DNA from: an uncultured Collinsella sp.
Lineage (GTDB): Bacteria; Actinomycetota; Coriobacteriia; Coriobacteriales; Coriobacteriaceae
Direction of reading: 5' to 3'
DNA: 64,000 nucleotides
NCBI GenBank assembly: GCA_938023085.1
Contig: CALHDP010000164.1
Span: 1,725-65,724, forward strand
Part shown: positions 55,168 through 64,000 of the stretch, one piece after another
How the letters are laid out: each line of letters starts with the position of its first letter
Position numbering within the stretch: position 1 is the first letter of the stretch
Program-made: the position numbers and the translations under genes
Notes under the pieces: model-generated
What the model saw: the letters and a program-made list of their open reading frames with translations, nothing else
The model's database searches: none
What the model was told of the DNA's origin: nothing

Positions 55168-57864
55168 ATGGAAGAAATGCCCAAGAACTACGATCCGTCG
55201 ACCAACGAGCCGGCGATCCTGCAGAAGTGGCTCGACGGCGGCTACTATAAGCGCCGCGAGGGCGTGGGCGACTGCACCGTCACCATTCCGCCTCCCAACG
55301 TGACCGGCAAGCTCCACATGGGCCACGCTACCGACGACTCCATCCAGGACGCCATCATCCGTATGGCCCGCATGCGCGGCAAGTCCACGCGCTGGGTGCT
55401 TGGCACTGACCACGCCGGTATCGCCACGCAGACTAAGGTCGACAAGAAGCTTAAAGAGGAGGGCATCAGCCGTCTGGAGATCGGTCGCGACAAGTTTGTC
55501 GACGCTTGCTGGGATTGGACCCACGAGTACGGCGGCATCATCGTCGAACAGATTAAGCGCATGGGCTGCTCCGTCGACTTCGACAACGAGCGCTTCACCA
55601 TGGACGAGGACTATGCCCGGGCCGTGCGCAAGGTGTTCTGCGACTGGTACCACGACGGCCTGATCTACCGTGGCAAGCGCATCGTCAACTGGTGCCCCAA
55701 CTGCACCACCGCCATTTCTGACGACGAGGCCGAGTACAAGGACGAGAAGGGCCACCTGTGGCACCTGCGCTACCCGCTGACCGAGCCGGTCAACGGCCAG
55801 GACTACATCGTCGTCGCCACCACGCGCCCCGAGACCATGCTCGGCGACACGGGCGTCGCCGTCTCCCCGAAGGATCCCGAGAAGGCTGCCTTCGTGGGTA
55901 AGACCGTCATGCTGCCGATCGTCAACCGCGAGATCCCCATCTTTGAGGATTGGCATGTCGACGCCAACTTTGGCTCCGGCTTCGTCAAGGTCACCCCGGC
56001 CCACGACCCCAACGACTACGCCATGGGTCAGGCCCACGACCTGCCGCAGATCAACATTTTCGATGAGCACGCTGTGGTAGTCGAGGGCTATGGCGAGTTT
56101 ACCGGCATGACGCGCGACGAGTGCCGCGAGGCCGTCATTAAGTGGTTCGAGGAGCATGACCTGCTCGATCACGTCGAGGACCACGACCACTCCGTCATGC
56201 ACTGCTACCGTTGCGACGCTGCCCTGGAGCCGTGGCTGTCCGAGCAGTGGTTCGTGGCCGTCGACAAGCTCAAGGGGCCGGCGCTCGACGCCGTCAACTC
56301 CGGCAAGGTCACCTTCCACCCCGCGCGCTGGACGCAGACCTACACCACCTGGATGGAGAACCTTAAGGATTGGTGCATCAGCCGTCAGCTGTGGTGGGGC
56401 CACCGCATCCCCGTGTTCTACTGCGAGGACTGCGGCTGGGAGGACGCTCTGACCGAGGACACCGACGTGTGCCCCAAGTGCGGCGGCCATCATGTGCATC
56501 AGGACGAGAACGTGCTGGACACCTGGTTCAGCTCTCAGCTGTGGACTTTCGCCACGCAGGGCTGGCCGCAAAAGCCGGAGCTGCTCGAGGGACATCATCC
56601 CACGACGGCGCTCGTCACCGCGCGCGACATCATCGCGCTGTGGGTCGCCCGCATGGTCATGAGCTCGCTGTATTTCCTGGACGAGGTGCCGTTTAAGGAC
56701 GTCGTCATCTACCCGACGATCCTGGCCAAGGACGGCAGCCGCATGTCCAAGTCCAAGGGCAACGGCGTTGACCCCATGGACCTCATTGGCATGTACGGTG
56801 CCGACGCCATGCGCTACAACCTGCTCACGCTGTGTACCAACAATCAGGACGTCAAGTTCGACGCGAACATCGATAAGAAGACCAAGAAGCTTATCGACAG
56901 CCCGCGTACCGACCAGGCCAAGTCGTTTGTGACCAAGATTTGGAACGCCAGCCGCTTCCTGCTCATGAACATGGAGGGCTACACGCCCGGCGAGCCCGTT
57001 GTGGAGACGCCGGCCGACGCCTGGATGTTCAGCCGTCTGGCCAAGGCCGTGAAGATGGTCACCGAGGGTATTGAGAACTACACCTTTGGCGATATGGCCC
57101 GCGGCGTGCAGCAGTTCTTCTGGAACGAGGTCTGCGACTGGTACGTCGAGGTCACCAAGGCCCGTCTGAAGGGCGAGGGCCGTCTGCAGGCTCAGCGCAA
57201 CCTGATCTTTGTGCTCGACACTTCCATTCGCCTGATGCACCCGCTCATGCCGTTTGTTACCGAGGAGATCTGGGACAACATGCCGGCGAGCGTGCTCGAC
57301 CTGGACGCCGAGGGCAACGTGGACCGCGCCGAGGTGCTCATGATTGCCAAGTGGCCCGAGCCCGCCGACTACGCCAAGTACGTCGACGAGCCCGCCGAGC
57401 GCGCGTTCGAGCTGTGCCGTACCGTCGTGTCTGCCGCCCGTGCTACGCGTTCGCGTTATCGCTTGAGCCCTAAGGCCGAGCTCGACGTGGTCGTGCGCGC
57501 CGGTGCCGAGGACATCGAGAAGCTCGAGAGCCTGCGCTCGACCATCGAGCCGCTGGCCAACACGTCTTCGCTGGTCATGGGTACCGACGTTGAGAAGCCG
57601 GCTGCGAGCATCGCCGTGGTCGACAGCGGCGTCGAGGTCTTTGTGGTGCTCGAGGGCAAGGTTGACCTTTCGGCCGAGAAGGCGCGCCTGGAGAAGGAGA
57701 TTGCCGCGGCTCAGAAGGAGCTCGCCGGCTGCGAGAAGACGCTCGCCAACGAGGGCTTTGTGGCTAAGGCCGCGCCCGCGGTGGTCCAGAAGAAGAGGGA
57801 CCGTGCAGCTGAGCTCAAGGAGATCCTGGCGGCGCTGACTGCTCAGGTTGCTGACTTCTCGTAG
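55168..57864 (+). CDS. valS: Valine--tRNA ligase
   Basis: PPPNVTGKLHMGHA, DHAGIATQ, DWCISRQLWWGHRIP, MSKSKGN, C-terminal coiled coil. Confidence 0.97.
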   Translation: MEEMPKNYDPSTNEPAILQKWLDGGYYKRREGVGDCTVTIPPPNVTGKLHMGHATDDSIQDAIIRMARMRGKSTRWVLGTDHAGIATQTKVDKKLKEEGISRLEIGRDKFVDACWDWTHEYGGIIVEQIKRMGCSVDFDNERFTMDEDYARAVRKVFCDWYHDGLIYRGKRIVNWCPNCTTAISDDEAEYKDEKGHLWHLRYPLTEPVNGQDYIVVATTRPETMLGDTGVAVSPKDPEKAAFVGKTVMLPIVNREIPIFEDWHVDANFGSGFVKVTPAHDPNDYAMGQAHDLPQINIFDEHAVVVEGYGEFTGMTRDECREAVIKWFEEHDLLDHVEDHDHSVMHCYRCDAALEPWLSEQWFVAVDKLKGPALDAVNSGKVTFHPARWTQTYTTWMENLKDWCISRQLWWGHRIPVFYCEDCGWEDALTEDTDVCPKCGGHHVHQDENVLDTWFSSQLWTFATQGWPQKPELLEGHHPTTALVTARDIIALWVARMVMSSLYFLDEVPFKDVVIYPTILAKDGSRMSKSKGNGVDPMDLIGMYGADAMRYNLLTLCTNNQDVKFDANIDKKTKKLIDSPRTDQAKSFVTKIWNASRFLLMNMEGYTPGEPVVETPADAWMFSRLAKAVKMVTEGIENYTFGDMARGVQQFFWNEVCDWYVEVTKARLKGEGRLQAQRNLIFVLDTSIRLMHPLMPFVTEEIWDNMPASVLDLDAEGNVDRAEVLMIAKWPEPADYAKYVDEPAERAFELCRTVVSAARATRSRYRLSPKAELDVVVRAGAEDIEKLESLRSTIEPLANTSSLVMGTDVEKPAASIAVVDSGVEVFVVLEGKVDLSAEKARLEKEIAAAQKELAGCEKTLANEGFVAKAAPAVVQKKRDRAAELKEILAALTAQVADFS

Positions 57865-57874
57865 GTCTAACTTG

Positions 57875-57991
57875 GGGGCGCGTCCCGATGCTTTGCTCTC
57901 CGCTGCGGACAGTCCTGCGCAAGACGGACAGCACATTAAGTGCTGTCCTTTGCGTGCGGAACTTGCGGCGAGCAAAGCATCGGGCCGCTCC
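57875..57991 (+). repeat. Nested palindromic element, family C, copy 2 (downstream of valS)
   Basis: CCCGATGCTTTGCTC...GAGCAAAGCATCGGG with inner GGACAGCAC-ATTAA-GTGCTGTCC; shares cores with the reverse complement of 55034-55147. Confidence 0.7.
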
Positions 57992-58143
57992 TAGTTCGTT
58001 TACGTGATTGTTTGCAACTGGTAGGTTAGGACCACTGGTTTGTGGCCTTGAGGTCGCTGCAAAGCGGTGTTTGGCTGATATTTTGAATGGGAGGGGCTCG
58101 TTGTTTATTACGGGCCTCTTTTTATGTTGAGGGGACTTTGGTT

Positions 58144-59487
58144 ATGGCGAAGCGTTCGGGGTCGTATGTCGTTCCTTTCTCGTTTGAGTTGCTTTCGTTT
58201 GGTGAGGCTGTGGGGCTTGCTGCTGATACGGGGCGGATTTCTGGGGATGCTGGTCCTCTGCTCGAGACGGTTGTCGATATGCTCGATGAGCTGGGACGTC
58301 CGGACGAGTACTTTGATTGCATTCAGGTTGCCGGTACCAATGGCAAGACTTCGACTACGCGTTTTTCAGCTGCTATCCTTCGCGGCGAGGGGCTCAAGAC
58401 CGCGCTGTATACGTCGCCGCAGCTTGTGCGCTATCCCGAGCGCATGGAGGTTGACGGGCGCGTTGTGAGCGATGAGGCGTTTGCCCGCGGTGTTTCTGCT
58501 GCTGTTGAGGCGGGCCGTCGCGTGAATGCCCGTCGTGTGGCGGCGGGGGAGCGTGCCTATTCCATCACACCGTTTGACCTGTTGACGGCTGCCGCGCTTG
58601 TGGTGTTTGCCGAGGCTCGCGTGGATGTCGCCGTGCTCGAGGTCGGCATGGGCGGCCGTTGGGACGCCACGAGCGCGACCGATCCCGTTGCCGTTGCCAT
58701 CACGGGCATCGGGCTCGACCACACGCGCATTCTGGGCGATACGCTCGAGGCGATTGCGGGGGAGAAGGCTGCGGTTATTAAGCCTGGGCGCCTGGTTGTT
58801 TTGGGCGAGGGTGCGCATGAGCCGAGTGTTCAGCGCGTGATGGATGCGCGCTGTCGCGAGTGCGGCGTCGTGCCGCTCGTGGTGAACCATGCCACGACCA
58901 AGACGCCGGCGCATGTGGGCGATACGGTGGAGTTTAGCTGCACCACGCCGCGCGCGATTTATACGTCGAGCATGGTTAAGCCGGCGTATCAGCCGCAGAA
59001 TGCCGCGTGCGCGATCATGCTGTGCGAGGGGTATCTGGGCCGCGAGCTCGACCACGAGGCGCTCGATGCTTCGCTTATGGGCTGCCCCACGCCGGGTCGC
59101 TTTGATGTGCTGGGAACCGACCCGCTCAAGCTGATCGACGCCTGTCATAACCCTCAGAGCTGCGAGAACTTTGTGAGCGCGCTGGACGAGATCGATCCGT
59201 TCGTGGAGAACCGCCCCACGCTGCTGTGTGCCGCGCTGGCAGACAAGGACGTGGCGGGCATCGTCGACGTGCTGATTCCGGCCTTCCCGCGCGTGGTCGT
59301 GACCCAGACCGATTCCGATCGCGCCCTGCCGGCAGAGGAGCTTGCTGCCCTCGTGGACGCCAACAAGCTCGCGGGCGTATACCCCAGCGTATCCGAGGCC
59401 CTCGCGGCTTTCAAGGCCGCGGGCGAGTCCTTCGTAGCGGCCGGCACCATCACCCTAGCAGGCGAAGTGGCCGGCCTGCTCCGTTAA
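58144..59487 (+). CDS. folC: Folylpolyglutamate synthase / dihydrofolate synthase
   Basis: VAGTNGKTST, YTSPQL, EVGMGGRWDAT, IGLDHTRILG, IDACHNP; follows valS. Confidence 0.92.
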   Translation: MAKRSGSYVVPFSFELLSFGEAVGLAADTGRISGDAGPLLETVVDMLDELGRPDEYFDCIQVAGTNGKTSTTRFSAAILRGEGLKTALYTSPQLVRYPERMEVDGRVVSDEAFARGVSAAVEAGRRVNARRVAAGERAYSITPFDLLTAAALVVFAEARVDVAVLEVGMGGRWDATSATDPVAVAITGIGLDHTRILGDTLEAIAGEKAAVIKPGRLVVLGEGAHEPSVQRVMDARCRECGVVPLVVNHATTKTPAHVGDTVEFSCTTPRAIYTSSMVKPAYQPQNAACAIMLCEGYLGRELDHEALDASLMGCPTPGRFDVLGTDPLKLIDACHNPQSCENFVSALDEIDPFVENRPTLLCAALADKDVAGIVDVLIPAFPRVVVTQTDSDRALPAEELAALVDANKLAGVYPSVSEALAAFKAAGESFVAAGTITLAGEVAGLLR

Positions 59488-59501
59488 CCCATCCCCTCAT
59501 C

Positions 59502-59568
59502 AGTTGCGGTGAAATACGGACTGTTTTACAAGCCAGAAGCCTCAAACGGTCCGTATATCACCGCAACT
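59502..59568. repeat. 67-bp palindromic element, family A, copy 3
   Basis: AGTTGCGGTGAAATACGGACTGTTT...AAACGGTCCGTATATCACCGCAACT. Confidence 0.85.
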
Positions 59569-59630
59569 CAAAAGCAGTCAATTTGGGACGGGACTTTTTT
59601 GACTGCCCTCTGCTCCGAGTTGACTCGCTT

Positions 59631-59790
59631 GCCACGAAGTGGGCCTATCTACTACGTTTTACCGACTACCCTCGACCACACCGAGAATTGCGAAATTAAA
59701 ACCGCAGGTAGATGGCTTGCGGATTTTGCGAAAACCCGGTTATGGTCGACCCATGCGGGTTAAACGTAGTAGATAGCCCGCTTTCGTGGC
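59631..59790 (+). repeat. 160-bp inverted-repeat element, family D, copy 1
   Basis: Arms GCCACGAA..GGGC(C)TATCTACTACGTTT; core GCGAAATTAAAACCGCAGGTAGATGGCTTG at 59690. Confidence 0.75.
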
Positions 59791-59837
59791 GCAGCTAATC
59801 GGAAGGTGACAAAGGGGCTGTCCCTTTGCCGCATTGC

Positions 59838-60926
59838 CTAGTCTAGGCGGACAGGATCGTGGGGGTAGGCGTTTAGAATCTCGACGCCGGACTCGGTAAC
59901 TAGGACCAAGTCCTCGATGCGGACGCCGGTGCGGCCGGGGAGGTAGATGCCCGGTTCGATGGAGAACGTCATGCCCGGCTCGACAACCTGCTCGTTGGCA
60001 AGCGAGACGTCGCCCGGCTCGTGGTCCTGCAGGCCGATCGAGTGTCCCAGGCGGTGCGTAAAGTACTGTCCATAGCCCGCATCCTCAATCACGTCGCGCG
60101 CGGCGTGGTCCAGGTCGCACATGCGCACGCCCGGGGCGATGAGCGCCTCGGCGGCCTCGTTGGCACGGCGCACGATGTCGTAGATGCGCGCCGCCTCCTC
60201 GTCCGGCTCGCCCCAAAAGAATGTGCGTGTCATATCCGAGCAGTAGTTGCGATGACGTCCGCCAATGTCGAACAGCACCACGTCGCCACGCTTGAGCACG
60301 GTGTCGTCGGGTTCATGATGCGGGTCGCCGGCGTTGGCGCCAAAGCTCACGATGGGCGGAAAGCTAAAGCCCTCGCAGCCGTGCTTGCGGTACAGACCGA
60401 GCATCTGATCGGCAATTTCGCGCTCCGTCACGCCCTCGTGGACGAGCTTGATAACATCGGCCATCACAGCGTCGTTAGCGGCCGAGGACGCGCGCATGAG
60501 CTTCTGCTCGGTGGCATCCTTGTAGGTGCGTGCGTCGGTGACGGCAAAGTCGCCCAGGAAAAACTCGCTGGCGGCATGGCGCTCCATGAGGGGCATCAAA
60601 AAGCCGGAACGCATGACGGTGTCGATACCAAGCGGCTTGTCTGGGTCGATCTCACTCGCGATGGCGTCGGCCACGACATCGGTATCGGTGTGGTAGGCGA
60701 CGCGCGCATTGTCATACTCTGGCAGCTGGTGCAGGGCGTTGACTAGGATCACCGGCTCGCTACCGCGTGTGAGCAGCACGCCACAAAAACGCTCGAACAT
60801 ATCGGCATAAAAACCGGTCAGGTAATAGATCGACCACGGGTCGTTTATGAGCAGCTGTGCGCCGGGGTGCTGGGCCTCGAGCGCATCGAGCACGCGCGCC
60901 ACACGCTGGTCATCGACATGTGCCAT
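59838..60926 (-). CDS. Xaa-Pro peptidase (M24 family)
   Basis: PHHEP, DIGG..YCSDMTRT, HRLGHSIGLQDHE, FSIEPGIY, GVRIED. Confidence 0.92.
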   Translation of the reverse strand: MAHVDDQRVARVLDALEAQHPGAQLLINDPWSIYYLTGFYADMFERFCGVLLTRGSEPVILVNALHQLPEYDNARVAYHTDTDVVADAIASEIDPDKPLGIDTVMRSGFLMPLMERHAASEFFLGDFAVTDARTYKDATEQKLMRASSAANDAVMADVIKLVHEGVTEREIADQMLGLYRKHGCEGFSFPPIVSFGANAGDPHHEPDDTVLKRGDVVLFDIGGRHRNYCSDMTRTFFWGEPDEEAARIYDIVRRANEAAEALIAPGVRMCDLDHAARDVIEDAGYGQYFTHRLGHSIGLQDHEPGDVSLANEQVVEPGMTFSIEPGIYLPGRTGVRIEDLVLVTESGVEILNAYPHDPVRLD

Positions 60927-61082
60927 GAAACATCCTTTCGCTAGGGTGCCACCATGGTATCCCAAGCCCGGCACATAGGGACGTTCCTTTTATGCCGGAA
61001 CCTTGGGACACTCCTTAGCATGGGCTGTCTAGCGAACGTTCGGGCAAAAGTAGCTAAAAGAGGCCCGTCCCAAATGGGCTGG

Positions 61083-61242
61083 TTTCAAAAGTATGGCGGA
61101 TTACGGGGCTGGACCTGTATTACTTGACCATGGCAAAAATCGCGAAATTAAAACCGCATGTAGATGGCTTGTCAAAAATTGAAAATGGCCGGTATGGATG
61201 GGGGTCTCCGAATCAGCCCCGTAATCCGGCATAGTTTTGAAA
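61083..61242 (+). repeat. 160-bp inverted-repeat element, family D, copy 2
   Basis: Arms TTTCAAAA.TATG.CGGATTACGGGGCTG; same core GCGAAATTAAAACCGCATGTAGATGGCTTG at 61142. Confidence 0.75.
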
Positions 61243-61284
61243 TGGCACTAAAGTAGGCACAAGCTAAATACCGATTCCAAGGAT

Positions 61285-61351
61285 AGTTGCGGTGGAATAG
61301 TTCCTGGATGCCGGGGTTTTGGCGGAAATCAGGAACTATTTCACCGCAATT
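61285..61351. repeat. 67-bp palindromic element, family A, copy 4
   Basis: AGTTGCGGTGGAATAGTTCCTG...CAGGAACTATTTCACCGCAATT. Confidence 0.85.
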
Positions 61352-61409
61352 GAGGAGGGGCGGGGTGGATGGCGGGGGTAGCTAAAGACCCCCGTACTAA
61401 ATTAGCTAC

Positions 61410-61808
61410 TTAGGCTCGGTCGATGTCCATGCTGGCGATTAGGTTGATGTTGGTGTCTAGGAGGTTCTCTAGCACGACGTCGCCCATGCGGATGGGGGCT
61501 TTGACCACTAGTCCGCGGATGAGGGCCATGGCTTGGGCGTGGAGCGCCAACGGGATGGCTTCGGCCGTGCGCACGGGGAGCAGGGCTTCGTCACCGCCTG
61601 ATACGGCAACGGTTGTGGTGAGCACGCGCATGGGGCAGGTGAGCTCCTGATGCGCGAACTTATCGCCGCGTGGGCAGTTGTTGCCGGTTACGGAGCGCAC
61701 TTCTACCACGGCGCCGTCTGCGTCACGCTCTACCTCTACGGTCAGGAGACATTCGGATGGGCAGGTGGTGCAGTTGAACTGCAGCGTCTCGGTCACATTC
61801 GTGCTCAT
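61410..61808 (-). CDS. DUF1667-type CxxC metal-binding protein
   Basis: CTTCPSEC, GNNCPRG, PMRVLTTTV, LPVRT, PIRMGDV. Confidence 0.8.
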   Translation of the reverse strand: MSTNVTETLQFNCTTCPSECLLTVEVERDADGAVVEVRSVTGNNCPRGDKFAHQELTCPMRVLTTTVAVSGGDEALLPVRTAEAIPLALHAQAMALIRGLVVKAPIRMGDVVLENLLDTNINLIASMDIDRA

Positions 61809-61811
61809 GAG

Positions 61812-63185
61812 CTATGCCTCCTCAATGGGATCGACAGACAGAATAATCTCTCTAGCACCTAGGTCGAGTGCGCGCTGAATCACCTTCGCCGGCAGCGGGA
61901 AGCTTTCCATGACGCTCGGCTTAAATGCACGGACCTTGCCTGCGAACAGTTCCTCGCCGCCTGCCAGAATACGCACGCGGGCGGCGTCGACGGGTCGGCG
62001 CACGCGGAAGTTGAGCTTGGTGAGCGCCACAGCCGTAATGCGTCCCGGCAGCGCGTAGCCCGCGATGCCGGCAGGGGAGACGGTGAGCTCGCAGCTCGGA
62101 ACGGTGCCCGCGTCGGTCCCCAGCGCGTACGCCGCCGCAGCTGCGCCGGCGCGCTCAGACTCGGTCGTCACGTTGTCGGCCAGGTCGTGCACGTGCAGCA
62201 CGTTGCCGCAGGCAAAGATACCCGGTACGCCCGTCTGCAGACTCTGGTCCACCACGGCGCCGCGCGTACGTGGGTCAAGCTCAACGTCCGCGCCCACCGA
62301 AAGCTCGTTCTCGGGAATCAAGCCCACCGAAAGCAGCAGTGTGTCGCACGGAACGATGCGCTCGGTCCCCGGAATGGGCGCCAGGCGCTCGTCGACTTGG
62401 CTTACCTCGACGGCTTCCACGCGGTCGTGCCCGATCACGCGTGTGACGGTGGTGGACAGGTTCAGCGGAATGCCAAAGTCGTTCAGGCAGTTCTTCACAT
62501 TGCGGCGCAGGCCGTTGGCGTACGGCATGAGCTCGTACACGCCCTCGACCGAAATCCCCTCGAGCGTGCAGCGGCGCGCCATGATAAGCCCGATGTCACC
62601 CGAGCCCAAAATGACGGCACGCGAGCCGGGCTTGAGGTTTTCGATATTGATGTATCGCTGCGCCAGGCCCGCCGTAAACACGCCGGCGGGACGGCTACCG
62701 GGAATCTTGATCTCGCTGCGCGTGCGCTCTCGGCACCCCATAGCAAGGACGACAGCGCGCCCGGTGAGCTGCAGCATGCCGGCGGGATTCATGAGCGTGA
62801 CGGTGTGGACCGCGGCGTTTCCCGCGGCCCCGTCCGCGCCCGACGCGTCCCCGTCAATCCCAATCACCATGCTGTCCAAGAACAGCGCGATGTCGGTCTC
62901 GCGCACCTGATCGATAAAGTGCTGCGCGTACTCGGGACCGGTAAGTTCCTGTTTAAAGTGCGACAGGCCAAAACCGGGGTGGATGCACTGGCGGAGAATT
63001 CCGCCCAGATGCTGCTCGCGCTCCACGATGGCCACGCGTGCGCCGGCCTTGTGTGCGGCGAGTGCTGCCGCCATGCCGGCGGGTCCGCCACCGATAACGA
63101 CCACGTCGAACGCCTGCGTCTGCACAGCGTCTGCGGCAGCAATCTCGGTGTCGCGTTCGGCGCAAATCTCGATATCCGTCGCCAT
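61812..63185 (-). CDS. NAD(P)/FAD-dependent oxidoreductase
   Basis: DVVVIGGGPAG, GGILRQCIHPGFG, GSGDIGLIMARR, GNVLHVHDLAD. Confidence 0.88.
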   Translation of the reverse strand: MATDIEICAERDTEIAAADAVQTQAFDVVVIGGGPAGMAAALAAHKAGARVAIVEREQHLGGILRQCIHPGFGLSHFKQELTGPEYAQHFIDQVRETDIALFLDSMVIGIDGDASGADGAAGNAAVHTVTLMNPAGMLQLTGRAVVLAMGCRERTRSEIKIPGSRPAGVFTAGLAQRYINIENLKPGSRAVILGSGDIGLIMARRCTLEGISVEGVYELMPYANGLRRNVKNCLNDFGIPLNLSTTVTRVIGHDRVEAVEVSQVDERLAPIPGTERIVPCDTLLLSVGLIPENELSVGADVELDPRTRGAVVDQSLQTGVPGIFACGNVLHVHDLADNVTTESERAGAAAAAYALGTDAGTVPSCELTVSPAGIAGYALPGRITAVALTKLNFRVRRPVDAARVRILAGGEELFAGKVRAFKPSVMESFPLPAKVIQRALDLGAREIILSVDPIEEA

Positions 63186-63186
63186 C

Positions 63187-64000
63187 CTAGCGCACCCCCT
63201 TCAAAGGCCCCTCAACCAGCCAAGAGCCCGCGTCCTCTAACAGCACCTCGCTAGGGTCGCAGCCCAGCTCGCGGGCAAGAATCGCCACCACGCGGCTCTG
63301 GCAAAAGCCACTTTGGCAGCGGCCCATGCCCGCGCGGCAGCGGCGCTTGACGCCCTCGACCGAAATCGCACCCGGCTGGCGATGGATCGCTGCCACGATC
63401 TCGGCCTCGGGCACCGTCTCGCAGCGGCAGACGATTTGTCCCCACGCGGGGTCGGACTCGATCAGCTCCTCCTTGCGCGCAAGCGACGCGCGGTCAAAGT
63501 CGTCCGGTGCGCGGCGAATCGGATTCCAGTCGGCCTGTTCGCACAGCTCCACACCAGCCTCGCGCAGCACCTGCTCCATGCGCTCGGCAATGGCCGGTGC
63601 GCTTGCCACGCCCGGCGACTGAATGCCCGCCGCCTGGAAAAGCCCCGGCACAACGGCCGACTGTCCAATAAAGAAGTCGTTCGTTCCCTGAATGACCGGG
63701 CGCCCGCCGGCAAATGCGCGCACCACGCGACGCGTGTCCAGATCGGGCACCAGCTTGCGCGCGCCGGTCAGGAGCGCGTTGATATCGGTCGCGTAGGTCT
63801 GTGTATCGCCCGGCTCGCGCACAGCGGCGGTTGCGGTAATCACGGTGTTGCCGTGCACGGTGCCCGTCACGATAACGCCCTTCGACACCGGCGTCGGCAC
63901 GGGGTAGAGCGGCATGAGCGTGCGCGGCTCCTTGTCCAGCACCACGATGTTGCCCTGACGCCAGACCATCTGGAACTCCTCGGCGCCCGCCATATGCGAG
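63187..64000 (-). CDS. FAD-dependent oxidoreductase with C-terminal BFD-like [2Fe-2S] domain (GlpA/LhgO-like), 5' end outside the window
   Basis: GIQSPGVASAPAIA, IVCRCETV, RAGMGRCQSGFC. Confidence 0.85.
   Translation of the reverse strand, partial: SHMAGAEEFQMVWRQGNIVVLDKEPRTLMPLYPVPTPVSKGVIVTGTVHGNTVITATAAVREPGDTQTYATDINALLTGARKLVPDLDTRRVVRAFAGGRPVIQGTNDFFIGQSAVVPGLFQAAGIQSPGVASAPAIAERMEQVLREAGVELCEQADWNPIRRAPDDFDRASLARKEELIESDPAWGQIVCRCETVPEAEIVAAIHRQPGAISVEGVKRRCRAGMGRCQSGFCQSRVVAILARELGCDPSEVLLEDAGSWLVEGPLKGVR

Noticed and set aside
3237..61351. CRISPR array or integron attC sites from the palindromic repeats
   Set aside because: Copies are dispersed rather than tandem with spacers, and no cas or integrase genes are present

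Overview
GC-rich anaerobe chromosome segment; gene content and style suggest Coriobacteriia, Collinsella-like (inference). Most of the window is a ~45 kb molybdenum/selenium/formate-hydrogen region. It holds moeA-mogA-modABC and an 8-gene unit with two double-cubane-cluster (HgdB-family) reductases, an ATP-dependent activase, a GT4 glycosyltransferase, selenoprotein selD (in-frame UGA), yedF, DUF3343 and a cysteine desulfurase/Sec lyase. Then come tRNA-Pro, tRNA-Gly, a RelB/PIN toxin-antitoxin pair and a formate hydrogenlyase-2-type cluster: Sec-containing fdhF (UGA at codon 140), hyfA-J, hycI and a formate channel. After that lie an orphan Mo-bisPGD oxidoreductase, selA-selB-selC, mobA, a Cys-rich DUF3343 protein, gdhA and a XdhD-like Mo hydroxylase. 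Housekeeping genes follow (tRNA-Leu, tig, clpP, clpX, valS, folC, Xaa-Pro peptidase, a flavoprotein/DUF1667 operon). Several families of short palindromic intergenic elements with conserved geometry are present. The best candidate for an undescribed system is the double-cubane reductase/glycosyltransferase/selD operon at 11841-19727. All calls come from motif reading only; no database searches were run.
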